Shown here in pieces: positions 20,480 through 30,427 of a DNA stretch of 64,000 nucleotides; the stretch's first letter is position 1; every line of letters starts with the position of its first letter. Below the pieces are notes generated by a model that had not been told where the DNA came from, did not search any database, and was given only the letters and a program-made list of their open reading frames with translations. Made by a program: the position numbers and the translations under genes. The DNA comes from an uncultured Acidimicrobiia bacterium (GTDB lineage: Bacteria > Actinomycetota > Acidimicrobiia > Acidimicrobiales > AC-14), in contig CAWIIV010000006.1 in the NCBI GenBank assembly GCA_963836205.1, positions 1 through 64,000 of the forward strand, given 5' to 3'.

Positions 20480-21076
20480 GTGGCCCGGGGTAAGAAATCC
20501 CGGGAGCCGGACATCGAGGAGGTAACGGGACGGGAGGCGATTGGCGCGGACCACCCCCACGATTTCGCATCGTTCTTCGAGACGCACCGGCGACGGCTCC
20601 ATGCCTTCGCCCTGCGGCGCACGCACGACCCCGGTGCCGCCGACGACCTCGTCGCCCGGGCCATGGCCATCGCCTGGCGGAAGTACGAACGCATCCCCAC
20701 CGATTCCTCCTTCGGGTGGCTCTGTGGAGTCGTCGTCAGGCTGGCGGCCAACGACGACCGCGGCCGGCGCCGGCGGGAGGCCCTGGTCGACCGGCTCACG
20801 GCGGAGGCCGAGGCCCGCCCCCCGCTGACCCTTCTCGAGAACGAGCAGTTGCTCCCCGAGCAGAGCCGTGCCATCGGCGACGCCTTCGCCCACCTCGACC
20901 CCGACGACCAGGAGATCCTGCGCCTGGTGACGTGGGACGGGCTCGACGACCGGGAGCTGGCCGCCGTCTTCGAGGTGTCGCCACCGGCGGCCCGCCAGCG
21001 GCTCTCCCGCGCCCGCCGTCGGTTCCGGCGCCTGTACCGGGCCGCCACGTGGGGCGACGAGGCCAGCGCCGGCTGA
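20480..21076 (+). CDS. ECF RNA polymerase sigma factor (start uncertain)
   Basis: Region 2 AADDLVARAMAIAWRK..FGWL; region 4 LDPDDQEILRLVTWDGL..ELAAVF..AARQRLSRARRR. Confidence 0.85.
   Translation: MARGKKSREPDIEEVTGREAIGADHPHDFASFFETHRRRLHAFALRRTHDPGAADDLVARAMAIAWRKYERIPTDSSFGWLCGVVVRLAANDDRGRRRREALVDRLTAEAEARPPLTLLENEQLLPEQSRAIGDAFAHLDPDDQEILRLVTWDGLDDRELAAVFEVSPPAARQRLSRARRRFRRLYRAATWGDEASAG
20490..20515 (+). promoter_or_regulatory. Putative ECF promoter GTAAGA-N13-GGACATC
   Basis: Same motif and spacing as at 21093-21118. Confidence 0.45.
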
Positions 21077-21092
21077 CCTGAGCACACGACCG

Positions 21093-21118
21093 GTCACAAC
21101 GGTCGATTTCCGGACATC
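21093..21118 (+). promoter_or_regulatory. Putative ECF promoter GTCACA-N13-GGACATC upstream of the nuclease gene
   Basis: Matches the motif at the 5' end of the adjacent sigma gene. Confidence 0.45.
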
Positions 21119-21189
21119 ACTCCTTTGAGGGGGTCGTCCGTCGAGCCGACGGCGGCAGCAAGCACGGTCACTCGTCACAGGAGAACGAC

Positions 21190-23481
21190 ATGCCCAAACC
21201 CCTCCGGATCGCACTGCTGGCGATCGCCGCTCTCGTCCTCGCCGGCACCTCGCCAGTCGTGGCCCAGACGGTTCCGGACCCGCCCGACCGCGGCGAGGAG
21301 CTTCTTCCCGACACGGTGGCCGCGGCCGGCTACGACTACTACACGTTCGACTCCTGCCGGAACGATTTCGGCGGGGGTGAGGAGCCCAAGTACCGGAACC
21401 ACTTCGCCTCGTGCCTGGTGGTCGACGGCACCTATCCCCATCTCGAATGTGGTCAATCGGGATGCGTCCCGACCGGCCTCTACCGGTTTCGCTTCACCCA
21501 GATCGGCTTCGGGTCACGCACCTCCCAGACGATGCGCTTCCAGGCGGCCCTGGACGATTGGAGCAGCGAGGGATCCGTCGACGCGGGCGACGATTTCACC
21601 CTCAGGTTCACGTGCACCGACTTCAAGGACGACGACGTGTGCGTCAACAGCCACCCGGATCCGCAGACCAGGACGATCGGGCAGTGGATGGCCGACGGCG
21701 TGCTACCCGAGGTGGTCCTCGACACGTCCGGCTCGGTCGGCGGCGGCGACCTCGTCCACCGCGACGCGGACAAGGTCAACTACCACCAGCTCCACACCTT
21801 CAGCTGGGGCGAGGGCCCCGGTCGGGGCGAGCTGATCGCCCCCTTCCGGTGCGACGCCGCCCCCTACCTGGGCGGCGGGGCCTGCCTGTTCCACAACGTG
21901 GATGCCGTCCACCACGTCAGCCTCCTCCCCGAGGACGGAGTCCAGGACGAGGCGCTGCACATCCTGCTGGCCCAGACCGTTCCCGAGGCGACCAAGCCCG
22001 GCACCCCCGGCAAGAGCATCCCCGGGAGCATCGAGAGCGGGGCGCCCCTGACCCGCCTCTACCCCGGCTACGACGACAACGGCCAGTACAACCGGAACCA
22101 CGACGTGGCCGTCGCCACCTGCAGGCAGTTCTGGGGGGCCGACTACGCCCGGGGCCCGGACGGCCCCCGCGATTGCGACGAATACCCGTACCGGAGCACG
22201 TTCGAGGGCGCCTACCGCAGCGTTCTGTTCCCGGACGCGCCGTGGTCGTACTCGGCCTGGCCCATCGCCAGCGCCCAGAACCAGAAGGCGGGCCGGGAGC
22301 TCGGCGCCTGGTACCTCTCCGACCACATCCTCCACGGCGACAAGTTCTTCGTGAAGGTCACCGGCTGCGACGGTTGCGGCGGTGAGCCGCCGCCACCCCC
22401 TCCGCCGGGCAACACCCCGCCGACGGTCGACGCCGGCCCCGACGCCACCGGGGACGAGGGCGGCGCCGTCACACTGAGCGGCACGGTGACCGATCCTGAC
22501 GACACGCCGAGCGTCGCCTGGTCGTACCAACCGGGGCCCGACGTCGACCCCGGCACCGTCTGCCAGTTCGGCAACGCCGGCCAGGTGTCGACCACGATCA
22601 CCTGCACCGACGACGGCACCGTCACCGTCACCCTCACCGCCGACGACAGCCACGGGCCGCCGTCCCCGGTCTCCGACACGGCAACGGTGCAGGTGAGCAA
22701 CGTGGCGCCCGAGATGGCCCTGTCCGGGCCCCAGCCGTGGCAGGTGTTCCGCGCCGGCGACCCGGTGGAGGTGGGGGCGACGTTCACGGACCCCGGCAGC
22801 AACGACACCCACACGTGCGCCGTCGACTGGGACGACGGCCAGCCGGCCACCAGCGCGCCGGCCGAGAACCATGGTTGCCTCGTCACCCGCACGTTCGACG
22901 ACGCCGGGATGTACACGATCGGCCTGACGGTCACCGACGACGACGGGGCATCCGACACCGCCGAGGTGATGGTGGTCGTGTACGACCCCTCGGCCGGGCT
23001 CGTCACCTCGACGGGCTTCCTCCCGTCACCGCCGGGGGCGCTCACCTCCGACCCGGATGCGACCGGGCTGGCTCCGTTCGTCTTCGCGGCCAAGTACCTG
23101 TTCCAGGACGACACCAGGCCGTTGGGGACGGCCCTCGACGTCGTCCTGCCCCTGACCACCTTCTCGTTCGTCTCCCTCGACCTGGAGTGGCTGGTGATCA
23201 CCCCCGACGCCAAGGTGGCGATCAAGGGCACCGGTGCGGTCGACGGCGAGGGCGGCTACGGGTTCGTCCTCTACGCCGAGGCCACCAAGCTGCGGCTGGT
23301 GGTCTGGCCCCTCGACCAGGGCCCCATCCCGACGGGCCAGCCGCTGTACGACAACCGGCCGACCGCCGGCTACGACGTCGACGTCGCCGAACCCCAGCAA
23401 ATCATCCTCGGGGTGACCATCATCGACACCGGCTTCATCCCGGGACTGCCCGCCCTGCCGCTGCTGTCGCCGGAGTCGTAG
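21190..23481 (+). CDS. Secreted protein with a NucA/NucB-type deoxyribonuclease domain and C-terminal PKD/Ig-like domains
   Basis: Signal peptide; RDCDEYPYRSTFEG...ASAQNQKAG...GDKFFV nuclease motif; Pro linker; VDWDDG...YTIGLTVTDDDG PKD motif. Confidence 0.8.
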   Translation: MPKPLRIALLAIAALVLAGTSPVVAQTVPDPPDRGEELLPDTVAAAGYDYYTFDSCRNDFGGGEEPKYRNHFASCLVVDGTYPHLECGQSGCVPTGLYRFRFTQIGFGSRTSQTMRFQAALDDWSSEGSVDAGDDFTLRFTCTDFKDDDVCVNSHPDPQTRTIGQWMADGVLPEVVLDTSGSVGGGDLVHRDADKVNYHQLHTFSWGEGPGRGELIAPFRCDAAPYLGGGACLFHNVDAVHHVSLLPEDGVQDEALHILLAQTVPEATKPGTPGKSIPGSIESGAPLTRLYPGYDDNGQYNRNHDVAVATCRQFWGADYARGPDGPRDCDEYPYRSTFEGAYRSVLFPDAPWSYSAWPIASAQNQKAGRELGAWYLSDHILHGDKFFVKVTGCDGCGGEPPPPPPPGNTPPTVDAGPDATGDEGGAVTLSGTVTDPDDTPSVAWSYQPGPDVDPGTVCQFGNAGQVSTTITCTDDGTVTVTLTADDSHGPPSPVSDTATVQVSNVAPEMALSGPQPWQVFRAGDPVEVGATFTDPGSNDTHTCAVDWDDGQPATSAPAENHGCLVTRTFDDAGMYTIGLTVTDDDGASDTAEVMVVVYDPSAGLVTSTGFLPSPPGALTSDPDATGLAPFVFAAKYLFQDDTRPLGTALDVVLPLTTFSFVSLDLEWLVITPDAKVAIKGTGAVDGEGGYGFVLYAEATKLRLVVWPLDQGPIPTGQPLYDNRPTAGYDVDVAEPQQIILGVTIIDTGFIPGLPALPLLSPES

Positions 23482-23516
23482 GGCGACGACCGGTGCCGGT
23501 GAGGGCGGCCGCGGTC

Positions 23517-24032
23517 ATGGCGGTGCTCGACGACGAGGTCCTCGTCGAGCACCGGTCGTTCTCGCTCGTCGACGCCGACCGGGAGTGGTGGGCCGCGGCG
23601 GACGCGTCAGATGCCGGCAGCGACATCGTCGGATGCGTGGCGTCGCGGGCCTGGTTCCGGAGCCGTGCCAACGACCACTACGCCGCGGTGCGGGTGGAGC
23701 TGTGGTCGTCGGCGCCCGCGCCCCCGGCCGCTGGGCAATGGGACACGTCGGGAAAAGGCGTCCTCGACGTCCGGGGGCGACGGCTGTGCCTCGCGACCAC
23801 CGTCAACGGGCCCGTGCTCCACGCCGCGCCCTCGGCCGACACGACGGGCGGGCTGCAACCCCGCTACCTGGAGCTACCCGGTCCCGGCTCGTACGAGCTT
23901 CGAGCCCACGTCCGCCGGAGCGCGGAAGCGAGCGACCTCCCGGAGGCGACGTACCGCCACGACGTCGAAGCCTGGCTCGTCCGGCTCTGGCCCGTGTCGC
24001 CGCCCGAGGGCGGGCCATCGAGGGCCGGGTGA
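23517..24032 (+). CDS. Hypothetical protein, candidate immunity/partner of the upstream nuclease
   Basis: 171 aa, starts 36 bp after the nuclease stop, no signal peptide. VRVELW..., GSYELRAHVR, WLVRLWP resemble small proteins I recall next to actinobacterial toxins (not verified). Confidence 0.55.
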   Translation: MAVLDDEVLVEHRSFSLVDADREWWAAADASDAGSDIVGCVASRAWFRSRANDHYAAVRVELWSSAPAPPAAGQWDTSGKGVLDVRGRRLCLATTVNGPVLHAAPSADTTGGLQPRYLELPGPGSYELRAHVRRSAEASDLPEATYRHDVEAWLVRLWPVSPPEGGPSRAG

Positions 24033-24233
24033 ACGCAGGGGCCACGGGCCTTGCCTCCGCGTTCCAGGGACGAGCGCAGGAGTCGGAGCGCCACCCGTGA
24101 CCCTCTCCTCGCCGGCGCGGAAGACGCCATCGGCCGATGATCGAGGTCCGGATTTCTGCCGGTTTCCTCCGTTGGCGCCGCCGACGACCCGGGGGTAGTC
24201 TCCGGCCTTCGAGCGGACGGCGAGAGGACCAGG

Positions 24234-27200
24234 ATGGCGGAGCGCTTCTCCCCCGCGAGCGGGCGTGGCGCGTCCCGCCCCCTCCCCCGCCATCGCCGGC
24301 ACGGCATCGCCGGCCGGGGCCTCGCCGCCCTCCTCCTGGCCGTCTCCGGGCTCTCGCTCGTGTCCTCGCCGGCGCAGGCCGCCACCCTGAGCACGACCGT
24401 CGAGGTCATCGCCGACGGCACCTCCACGATCGACTGGTCGCCGGGCAACCTCCTCACGCCCACCCCGAACACCATCCACGAGCCGGGCGACGACATCGGT
24501 CCGAACAGCGGGCCCCTCCGCAACGGGATCGTGCGCACGCTGGACACCACCACGGTGGAGGTCACCTACAAGGTGAACCAGCCTCCGAGCAACGGGAATG
24601 TCGTCTTGACGGTGACCGTCGACCCGACCGGCACCAGCCCCGCGGGCACGGCCCGGATCGCCGACAACTGGGGTCCGCCCGCCTGTCCGGCCGACTCGGT
24701 GGGCCCGGCGACCGGCCCGGCGGCGCGGACCGTCTACACGTGCGACTTCGGCGCCGTCGCCGCCAGCGACCCGTCCGTCGGCGGCACCTTCACCATCGAC
24801 ATCGTGGCGCCCATGTCGACCCCGAACGGCTCGACGTTCAGGGTGACCTCGACCATCGCCGACGGCGACAGCACGGTCACCGACGACAGCGACGTCGTCG
24901 AGGTCTCGGCCGCACCCCGCTTCGACCTGTTCAAGGAGGCCCTCGGCACGCCGCAGACCCGGAACCGCCCGAACACTGTGGTGTCGACCGGCACGACGGG
25001 CATCGAGCAGCGCTGGGCGATCGGCTTCCGGGGCGCGGCGGCCACCGACGGCTTCGGCCTCTCCGAGCTCGTCCCGTCGCTCTTCACCCTCGACGACCTG
25101 GTGTCGGCCAGCCCGGCCGTTCCGGTGCATCTGGTCGCGCCCTCCTGCAGTACCAGCCTGTCCGACACCAACTGGCCGGCCCAGGTGCCGCCCATCACCG
25201 CCGATCCGTCCCGGCAGCTCGGCAAGCCGACCACGTTGAGCTGCTCGCAGGGGATCGCCACGGCCAACGCTCCCTTCCCGCCGATCACCGTCACCCTCGG
25301 GGGACTCGACTGGGCCCGCGCGGCCACTCCGCCCGACAAGGACCAGTACGGCAACGCCCTGACCGCCGGCCACCAGGCGATGGTCGGCTTCTTCACGTTC
25401 TCCACCTGGACGAGCCACGACGACATCGACCTCGCCGACGGGACCGACGACGACACCGGCTCGGTGTTGGTGTGCAACGCGGTGGAGGCCGGGGGCCCGG
25501 GTGCCGCGTCGGGCACGAGTGGCGGGTGGCTCCCCGACACCGGCGCGGTGTCGACGTGGGATCCCGACGACATCGCCGGCGTCTCGAACTTCCCCACCGG
25601 AGCCCAGGCGAACCAGCTCGAACCGGTGGGCAACAACGGGGTCTGCCAGCCCGAGGTCAACTTCTCGCCGACGGTCTCCGGGACCTATTTCAAGAGCCCG
25701 TTGGTGCCGGTCCTCAACGGAGCCGGCGTGCAGGCGACGGCCACCACCGTCAGCGACATCCCGTTCCTCAACATCGGGAACGTCCCCTACCCCCAGAGCC
25801 CCCCGCAGACGCAGTCCGACAAGGTGGTGCTCTGCGACAAGTGGGACAACTCCCGCTTCCTGCCCGCTTCGGCCGTCAGCTCGACCGTGTCGACGTCGTT
25901 CGGTGCGTTCCCCGTCACCGTCGAATACGGCGCCGGCCAGTGGGGCAGCGCGGTCGGCGGCTCGGACCCGGCCAAGTGGTACACCCAGGCCCACTCGGAT
26001 TGCTCCGACACGGCCGACACTGTCACCGCGTGGACCCCCGAGAGCCAGGTCACGTTCGGGACGACAGGAAACATCGCCCCGTTCAACATGGTGCGGGTGT
26101 TCTTCGACGCCCAGGTGCCGGTTGGCAACGCGCCCCAAGCCTCGAGCGTCCGCATCCGTCCGCAGTGGACGATGATCCAGCCGGCCCCGGTCGGTGACGA
26201 GTTCCGGAACTACTCGGCGGCCTACCTGCCCGCGTCGAGCCAGTGGTTGACGTCGAACTGCACCGACGAGACGCTCAACAACTGTCCTGACGGACTGGTG
26301 CTCGGCGAGTCAGCCGGCCAGGCGAGCCACTGGTGGACGGTGATCGGGGGGACCGTCGACGTGGTCAAGGACGTCGTCGGGTCGCACGACCGGGACCCGG
26401 GCGACCCCGTCACCTGGCGGGTGCGGGCCCGGGGCGTGCCCTCGGCCGACTTGAACCAGCCCAATCCGTTCCCGGCCGGCGGGGGGCCGACCCATGCCGT
26501 GGTGATCAGGGACGTGCTGCCCCCGGGAGTCACCTACGTCGGCCCCACGGTAGGCCTGCCGCCCCCCGACGCGATCCTGGCCGACACGCGCATCGCGCCG
26601 TCGAGCCCCGGCTTCCCGGTGACGCTGATCGCCGACCCCGGCTTCACGACCCTCGAGTGGGACGTCGGCGATCTCCCCTGGAGCACCACCTACGACATCG
26701 ACTTCACGTTCGACACCGTGATCGACCCGTTCGCCGATCCGATCCGGTACACCAACGTCGCCTTGGGCTCCACCCCCGACGACCCCTCCGACTATCAGGC
26801 GCTCAACATCGACATCCGCGGCGACGACGACTTCGTCGACGTCCGTCAGGGCACCCGGGCCGTCATCGACAAGCTGGTGGCCCCAATCCAGCCCAGCCCG
26901 GGGAGCACGCTCACCTTCACCCTGCGCTACGGGAACACGTCGGCGGCCACCTTCAACACCATGGACGGCATCGACATCCTCCCCTTCGACGGCGACCCCC
27001 GGGGGACGGTCATCACGCCCGGCTCCCTGACCCTCACCGGGGTCAACGTCTCCGGGCACGGCGAGGTGGCATGGGTGTCGTTCGTCCCCGCGGGCACGCT
27101 CGACGCCTTCAACTCCGACCCGGTCGACGGCTACCTCGATCCCGTCGTGGCCGACCCCGTCTCGTCCCCCCAATGGCCGTGCACGCTCGCCGACGTCACC

Positions 27201-28019
27201 GGGGGCCTGTGTTCCGGGCGGACCCTGGCCGACGCGACCGCGGTCCGATTCGTCGGCACCAACCCCTCGCCGTTCCTCCAGGCCAACGAGGGTCCGTTCC
27301 CGATCACCCTGACCTTCGCCGTCGGTCTCGACGCGGCCTCCGGCGACACCTACGTGAACTCGTGGGCCAACCTCTTCGAAGGCCTGGAGACGCTCAACTA
27401 CCAGGCCCAGGCGGCCACCCTCACCGGCACCGGCCCGGCCCTGACGGTCAAGAAGGAAGCGCGCTCGGGGCAGGGGCCGTGGGTGGAGGCGGTGACGGTC
27501 GCTCCCGGCGGGAGCGTCGAGTGGCGGATCACCGTCACCAACACCGGTGGCACCCCTCTCACCGGATTCACCTTCGCCGATCCGGCCTTCGCCGGATGCG
27601 AGGCGGCAGGGGCGGCGGCCGCCCCCGCACAGCTCGATCCGGGGGAGTCGTTCGCGTTCACGTGCACCGACCCGTCGGTGGCCGCCGGCTACACCAACAC
27701 GGTCACCGTCGGCGGCGTCGACCCTGGTGGTCACCAGGTCGAGGACAGCGACGACGCCCAGGTCGATGTGGGCGCAGCCCCGCCCAAGCCCAAGCCGCCG
27801 ACGCTGCCGCGGACGGGCTCCGACATCGACCGTCTGGTGTCGCAGGCGGTGGTCGCGCTCGCCATCGGGTTGGTGGCGGTGGCCGTCGCCGACAAGCGGC
27901 GGCACGAGCGCCGGGTCGCGTTCGCCCACTGGGTGGCGCACGCCGACATCGACGACATCCTGCGCTTCGCCCGCGACGTGCCCCGACCACCGGCCGGGTG
28001 GTTCCGCCCGGGTCGGTAA
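24234..28019 (+). CDS. Large secreted beta-rich surface protein with DUF11-like repeats and an LPXTG sorting signal
   Basis: Signal peptide ending AQA; repeated K...PG..VTW/FTL..N, DVLPPGVTYV; PKPKPPTLPRTG + hydrophobic helix + KRRHERR. Confidence 0.8.
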   Translation: MAERFSPASGRGASRPLPRHRRHGIAGRGLAALLLAVSGLSLVSSPAQAATLSTTVEVIADGTSTIDWSPGNLLTPTPNTIHEPGDDIGPNSGPLRNGIVRTLDTTTVEVTYKVNQPPSNGNVVLTVTVDPTGTSPAGTARIADNWGPPACPADSVGPATGPAARTVYTCDFGAVAASDPSVGGTFTIDIVAPMSTPNGSTFRVTSTIADGDSTVTDDSDVVEVSAAPRFDLFKEALGTPQTRNRPNTVVSTGTTGIEQRWAIGFRGAAATDGFGLSELVPSLFTLDDLVSASPAVPVHLVAPSCSTSLSDTNWPAQVPPITADPSRQLGKPTTLSCSQGIATANAPFPPITVTLGGLDWARAATPPDKDQYGNALTAGHQAMVGFFTFSTWTSHDDIDLADGTDDDTGSVLVCNAVEAGGPGAASGTSGGWLPDTGAVSTWDPDDIAGVSNFPTGAQANQLEPVGNNGVCQPEVNFSPTVSGTYFKSPLVPVLNGAGVQATATTVSDIPFLNIGNVPYPQSPPQTQSDKVVLCDKWDNSRFLPASAVSSTVSTSFGAFPVTVEYGAGQWGSAVGGSDPAKWYTQAHSDCSDTADTVTAWTPESQVTFGTTGNIAPFNMVRVFFDAQVPVGNAPQASSVRIRPQWTMIQPAPVGDEFRNYSAAYLPASSQWLTSNCTDETLNNCPDGLVLGESAGQASHWWTVIGGTVDVVKDVVGSHDRDPGDPVTWRVRARGVPSADLNQPNPFPAGGGPTHAVVIRDVLPPGVTYVGPTVGLPPPDAILADTRIAPSSPGFPVTLIADPGFTTLEWDVGDLPWSTTYDIDFTFDTVIDPFADPIRYTNVALGSTPDDPSDYQALNIDIRGDDDFVDVRQGTRAVIDKLVAPIQPSPGSTLTFTLRYGNTSAATFNTMDGIDILPFDGDPRGTVITPGSLTLTGVNVSGHGEVAWVSFVPAGTLDAFNSDPVDGYLDPVVADPVSSPQWPCTLADVTGGLCSGRTLADATAVRFVGTNPSPFLQANEGPFPITLTFAVGLDAASGDTYVNSWANLFEGLETLNYQAQAATLTGTGPALTVKKEARSGQGPWVEAVTVAPGGSVEWRITVTNTGGTPLTGFTFADPAFAGCEAAGAAAAPAQLDPGESFAFTCTDPSVAAGYTNTVTVGGVDPGGHQVEDSDDAQVDVGAAPPKPKPPTLPRTGSDIDRLVSQAVVALAIGLVAVAVADKRRHERRVAFAHWVAHADIDDILRFARDVPRPPAGWFRPGR

Positions 28020-28075
28020 CGGTCAGACCGGGGGTCTGTAAACCGCCCGGCGGGCGGCGGGCCGGGCCTGGAGGC

Positions 28076-29008
28076 CTAGGACAGGCCCTTCTTCTGGAGC
28101 CACTCGGCGGCGACGTCGTCGGACTCGCGGAACTTGATGTCGGTCTCCACGTTCCACGCCACCAGGTCGTCGGTGGTGATGGCGTCGCTGAGGGTGTCGA
28201 GGTCGGTTTCCAGGGCGTCGTACTCGTCGAGCACCGCCGTGGCCACGATGGGAGCGATGTTCTGGGCCGGGAACAGCCGCTTGTCGTCGTCCAGGACCTT
28301 GAAGCCGCTCTCCTTTATCTGGGGGGCGGTGGTGTTCCACACGACGGCATCCACTTCCTTGGCCGACAGGGCCGCGCCCAGCTGGGGTCCGAAGTCGATC
28401 TTCTTGTACTCCTTGAACGTGATCCCGTAGACGGCGGGGTCGGTGAAGCCGATGTAGCACTGGGGCCGGGTCTCGCATTGGGGCGACGCGCCGAGCACGT
28501 AGTCGAGGTTCTTGACGTCGGAGACCTTGACCGCCGGAGAATCGCCCCGGACCACGAAGGCGTCGCCGTCGGTGGCCTCGGAGTAGTCGAGCACGGTCAT
28601 GCCGATGGCGGCGAAGGCGGGCTTGATGATCCCGAGCACCTGGTCGGGCTCGGCCGTGACCTTGGTGTCGGGGGCGAGGGCGGTGGCGTCGCCGCCGATG
28701 TAGTCGACGATGAGGTTGACGTCGCCGCTCTTGAGGGCGGCGATGGCCTCGTCACGGAAGCCGGCCGGCGTGAGGATGTCGACGTTGTAGCCCTTGGCCT
28801 TGAGGTACTGGCCGTAGACCTGGGCGATGGTGGCCGACTCGCTGAAGTCCTGGCCCCGGACCTTGAGCTGGGGCCCGGCGACGGTGGTGACGGTGGTCGA
28901 ACCACCGGCGTCGTCGTCGTCGCTGCTACCGCAGGCGGTCAGCAAGCTGCAGGCTGCCAGCAGGATCAGCAGCCCCCTGCCCCAGCGTCCGGACACTCGC
29001 TTGTTCAT
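28076..29008 (-). CDS. Osmoprotectant (glycine betaine/choline) ABC transporter substrate-binding lipoprotein
   Basis: Lipobox LTAC; GQDFSES; LDDDKRLFPAQNIAP. Confidence 0.85.
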   Translation of the reverse strand: MNKRVSGRWGRGLLILLAACSLLTACGSSDDDDAGGSTTVTTVAGPQLKVRGQDFSESATIAQVYGQYLKAKGYNVDILTPAGFRDEAIAALKSGDVNLIVDYIGGDATALAPDTKVTAEPDQVLGIIKPAFAAIGMTVLDYSEATDGDAFVVRGDSPAVKVSDVKNLDYVLGASPQCETRPQCYIGFTDPAVYGITFKEYKKIDFGPQLGAALSAKEVDAVVWNTTAPQIKESGFKVLDDDKRLFPAQNIAPIVATAVLDEYDALETDLDTLSDAITTDDLVAWNVETDIKFRESDDVAAEWLQKKGLS

Positions 29009-29741
29009 GGTCCTCCCCGTGGTGAGATGAGCCTGCACGTCGCAAGCGCCTGACGCCCTTCGGCACGATGATGCGCTCGACGATCCCGAAGGCGCCCCCG
29101 GTGACCGCGGCCAGCGCCGCCACCAGGATCGCACCGCCGAGCACGAGCGTGTCGTTGTTCTGCCCCAGGCCGTCCCGAAGGTACCCCCCCAGGCCGCCGC
29201 CGCCGAGGAACGCCCGGATGGGCTCGGTGGCCACCACCTGCACCGCGGCCACCCGCACGCCCGACAGGATCACGCTCACGGCCAAGGCCAGCTCGACCCG
29301 GAGCAGCACCCGGCGGTCCTCGAAGCCCATCCCCCGGGCCGCGTCGACCACCACCGGGTCGACCTGCGACACCGCGGTGAACGTGGTCAGGAAGATCGGC
29401 GGCACCGACAGCAGGGTGAGGGCGATGAAGACGGGCCACGGCTCGAAACCCAACCCCCACCGCAGGGAGATGGGGACGAGGAGGCCGGCCAGGGCGAAGG
29501 TGGGGATGGCCCGGCCCACGTTGACGACCCACGTGGCCACCAGCTCGCCCCGGCGGACGTGGGCCAGGAGGGCGCCCAGCGGCACCGCGATCAGGGCCGA
29601 GGCGACCACGACGGCCGCACACAGGCGGATGGAGTCGCCGGCGGCGGCCAGGATGCCGCCGCCGCCGGTCCAGGTGTCGACCGCGAAAAGCCACTCGAAC
29701 AGGCCGATGTCGCGGGGGACGCCCTGGGCCGCCCCCAGCAT
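28926..29741 (-). CDS. Osmoprotectant ABC permease
   Basis: RAIPTFAL, DAARGMG (EAA loop), GGGLG; the 3' end overlaps the next gene. Confidence 0.85.
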   Translation of the reverse strand: MLGAAQGVPRDIGLFEWLFAVDTWTGGGGILAAAGDSIRLCAAVVVASALIAVPLGALLAHVRRGELVATWVVNVGRAIPTFALAGLLVPISLRWGLGFEPWPVFIALTLLSVPPIFLTTFTAVSQVDPVVVDAARGMGFEDRRVLLRVELALAVSVILSGVRVAAVQVVATEPIRAFLGGGGLGGYLRDGLGQNNDTLVLGGAILVAALAAVTGGAFGIVERIIVPKGVRRLRRAGSSHHGEDHEQASVRTLGQGAADPAGSLQLADRLR

Positions 29742-30427
29742 CAGGCCGCCCGTCCCCGCGGCGTCCGCCCTCGCCGGCGGGCCCACGGGGTGAGGGCCCG
29801 GCCCAGGCCCCACAGGGAGAGATCGAGGACCAGGGCGAGGAGGATCGACAGGGAGGCGCCGACGGTCATCGGCGTCCAGAAGGTCCGCCGCAGGCCGTCG
29901 AGGATGAGCCGGCCCAGGCCGCCCTCGCCGATGATGGCGGCCACGGTCACCAGTCCCACGGTGGTGACGGTGGCCACCCGGATGCCGGTGATGATGTAGG
30001 GCACGGCCAGGGGGAGCTCCACCGTGAGCACCCGGCGGGCGGGCGAGAGGCCCATCCCCTCGGCCGCGTCGCGCACCGAGGCCGGCACCGACCGGAAGCC
30101 GGTGAGGATGCTCGTGACCAGGACGAGCAGGGTGTAGCCCACGAGGGGGATGACGGCCGTCCTGGTGGTCACGCCCGTGTAGGGGACGAGCAGGCCGAAG
30201 AGGGCCACCGACGGGATGGTGTACACGAAGGCGGTGAAGGTGGTGATGGGACTGGCCGTCCACCGGTAGCGGAGGGCGACCGCGGCCAGGGCCGAGGCCA
30301 CCACCAGGCCTATGCCCACCGCCAGCACGGTGAGCTTGACGTGCTGGACGAGGGCGGGCTGGATCTGGTCCCACTCGTCCCGGAGGTACTCCCACCGGAT
30401 GATGGGGTTGGTGGCCTGGGCGATCAT
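29741..30427 (-). CDS. Osmoprotectant ABC permease
   Basis: YTIPSVALFGLL, DAAEGMG, VELPLA, GEGGLG. Confidence 0.88.
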   Translation of the reverse strand: MIAQATNPIIRWEYLRDEWDQIQPALVQHVKLTVLAVGIGLVVASALAAVALRYRWTASPITTFTAFVYTIPSVALFGLLVPYTGVTTRTAVIPLVGYTLLVLVTSILTGFRSVPASVRDAAEGMGLSPARRVLTVELPLAVPYIITGIRVATVTTVGLVTVAAIIGEGGLGRLILDGLRRTFWTPMTVGASLSILLALVLDLSLWGLGRALTPWARRRGRTPRGRAA

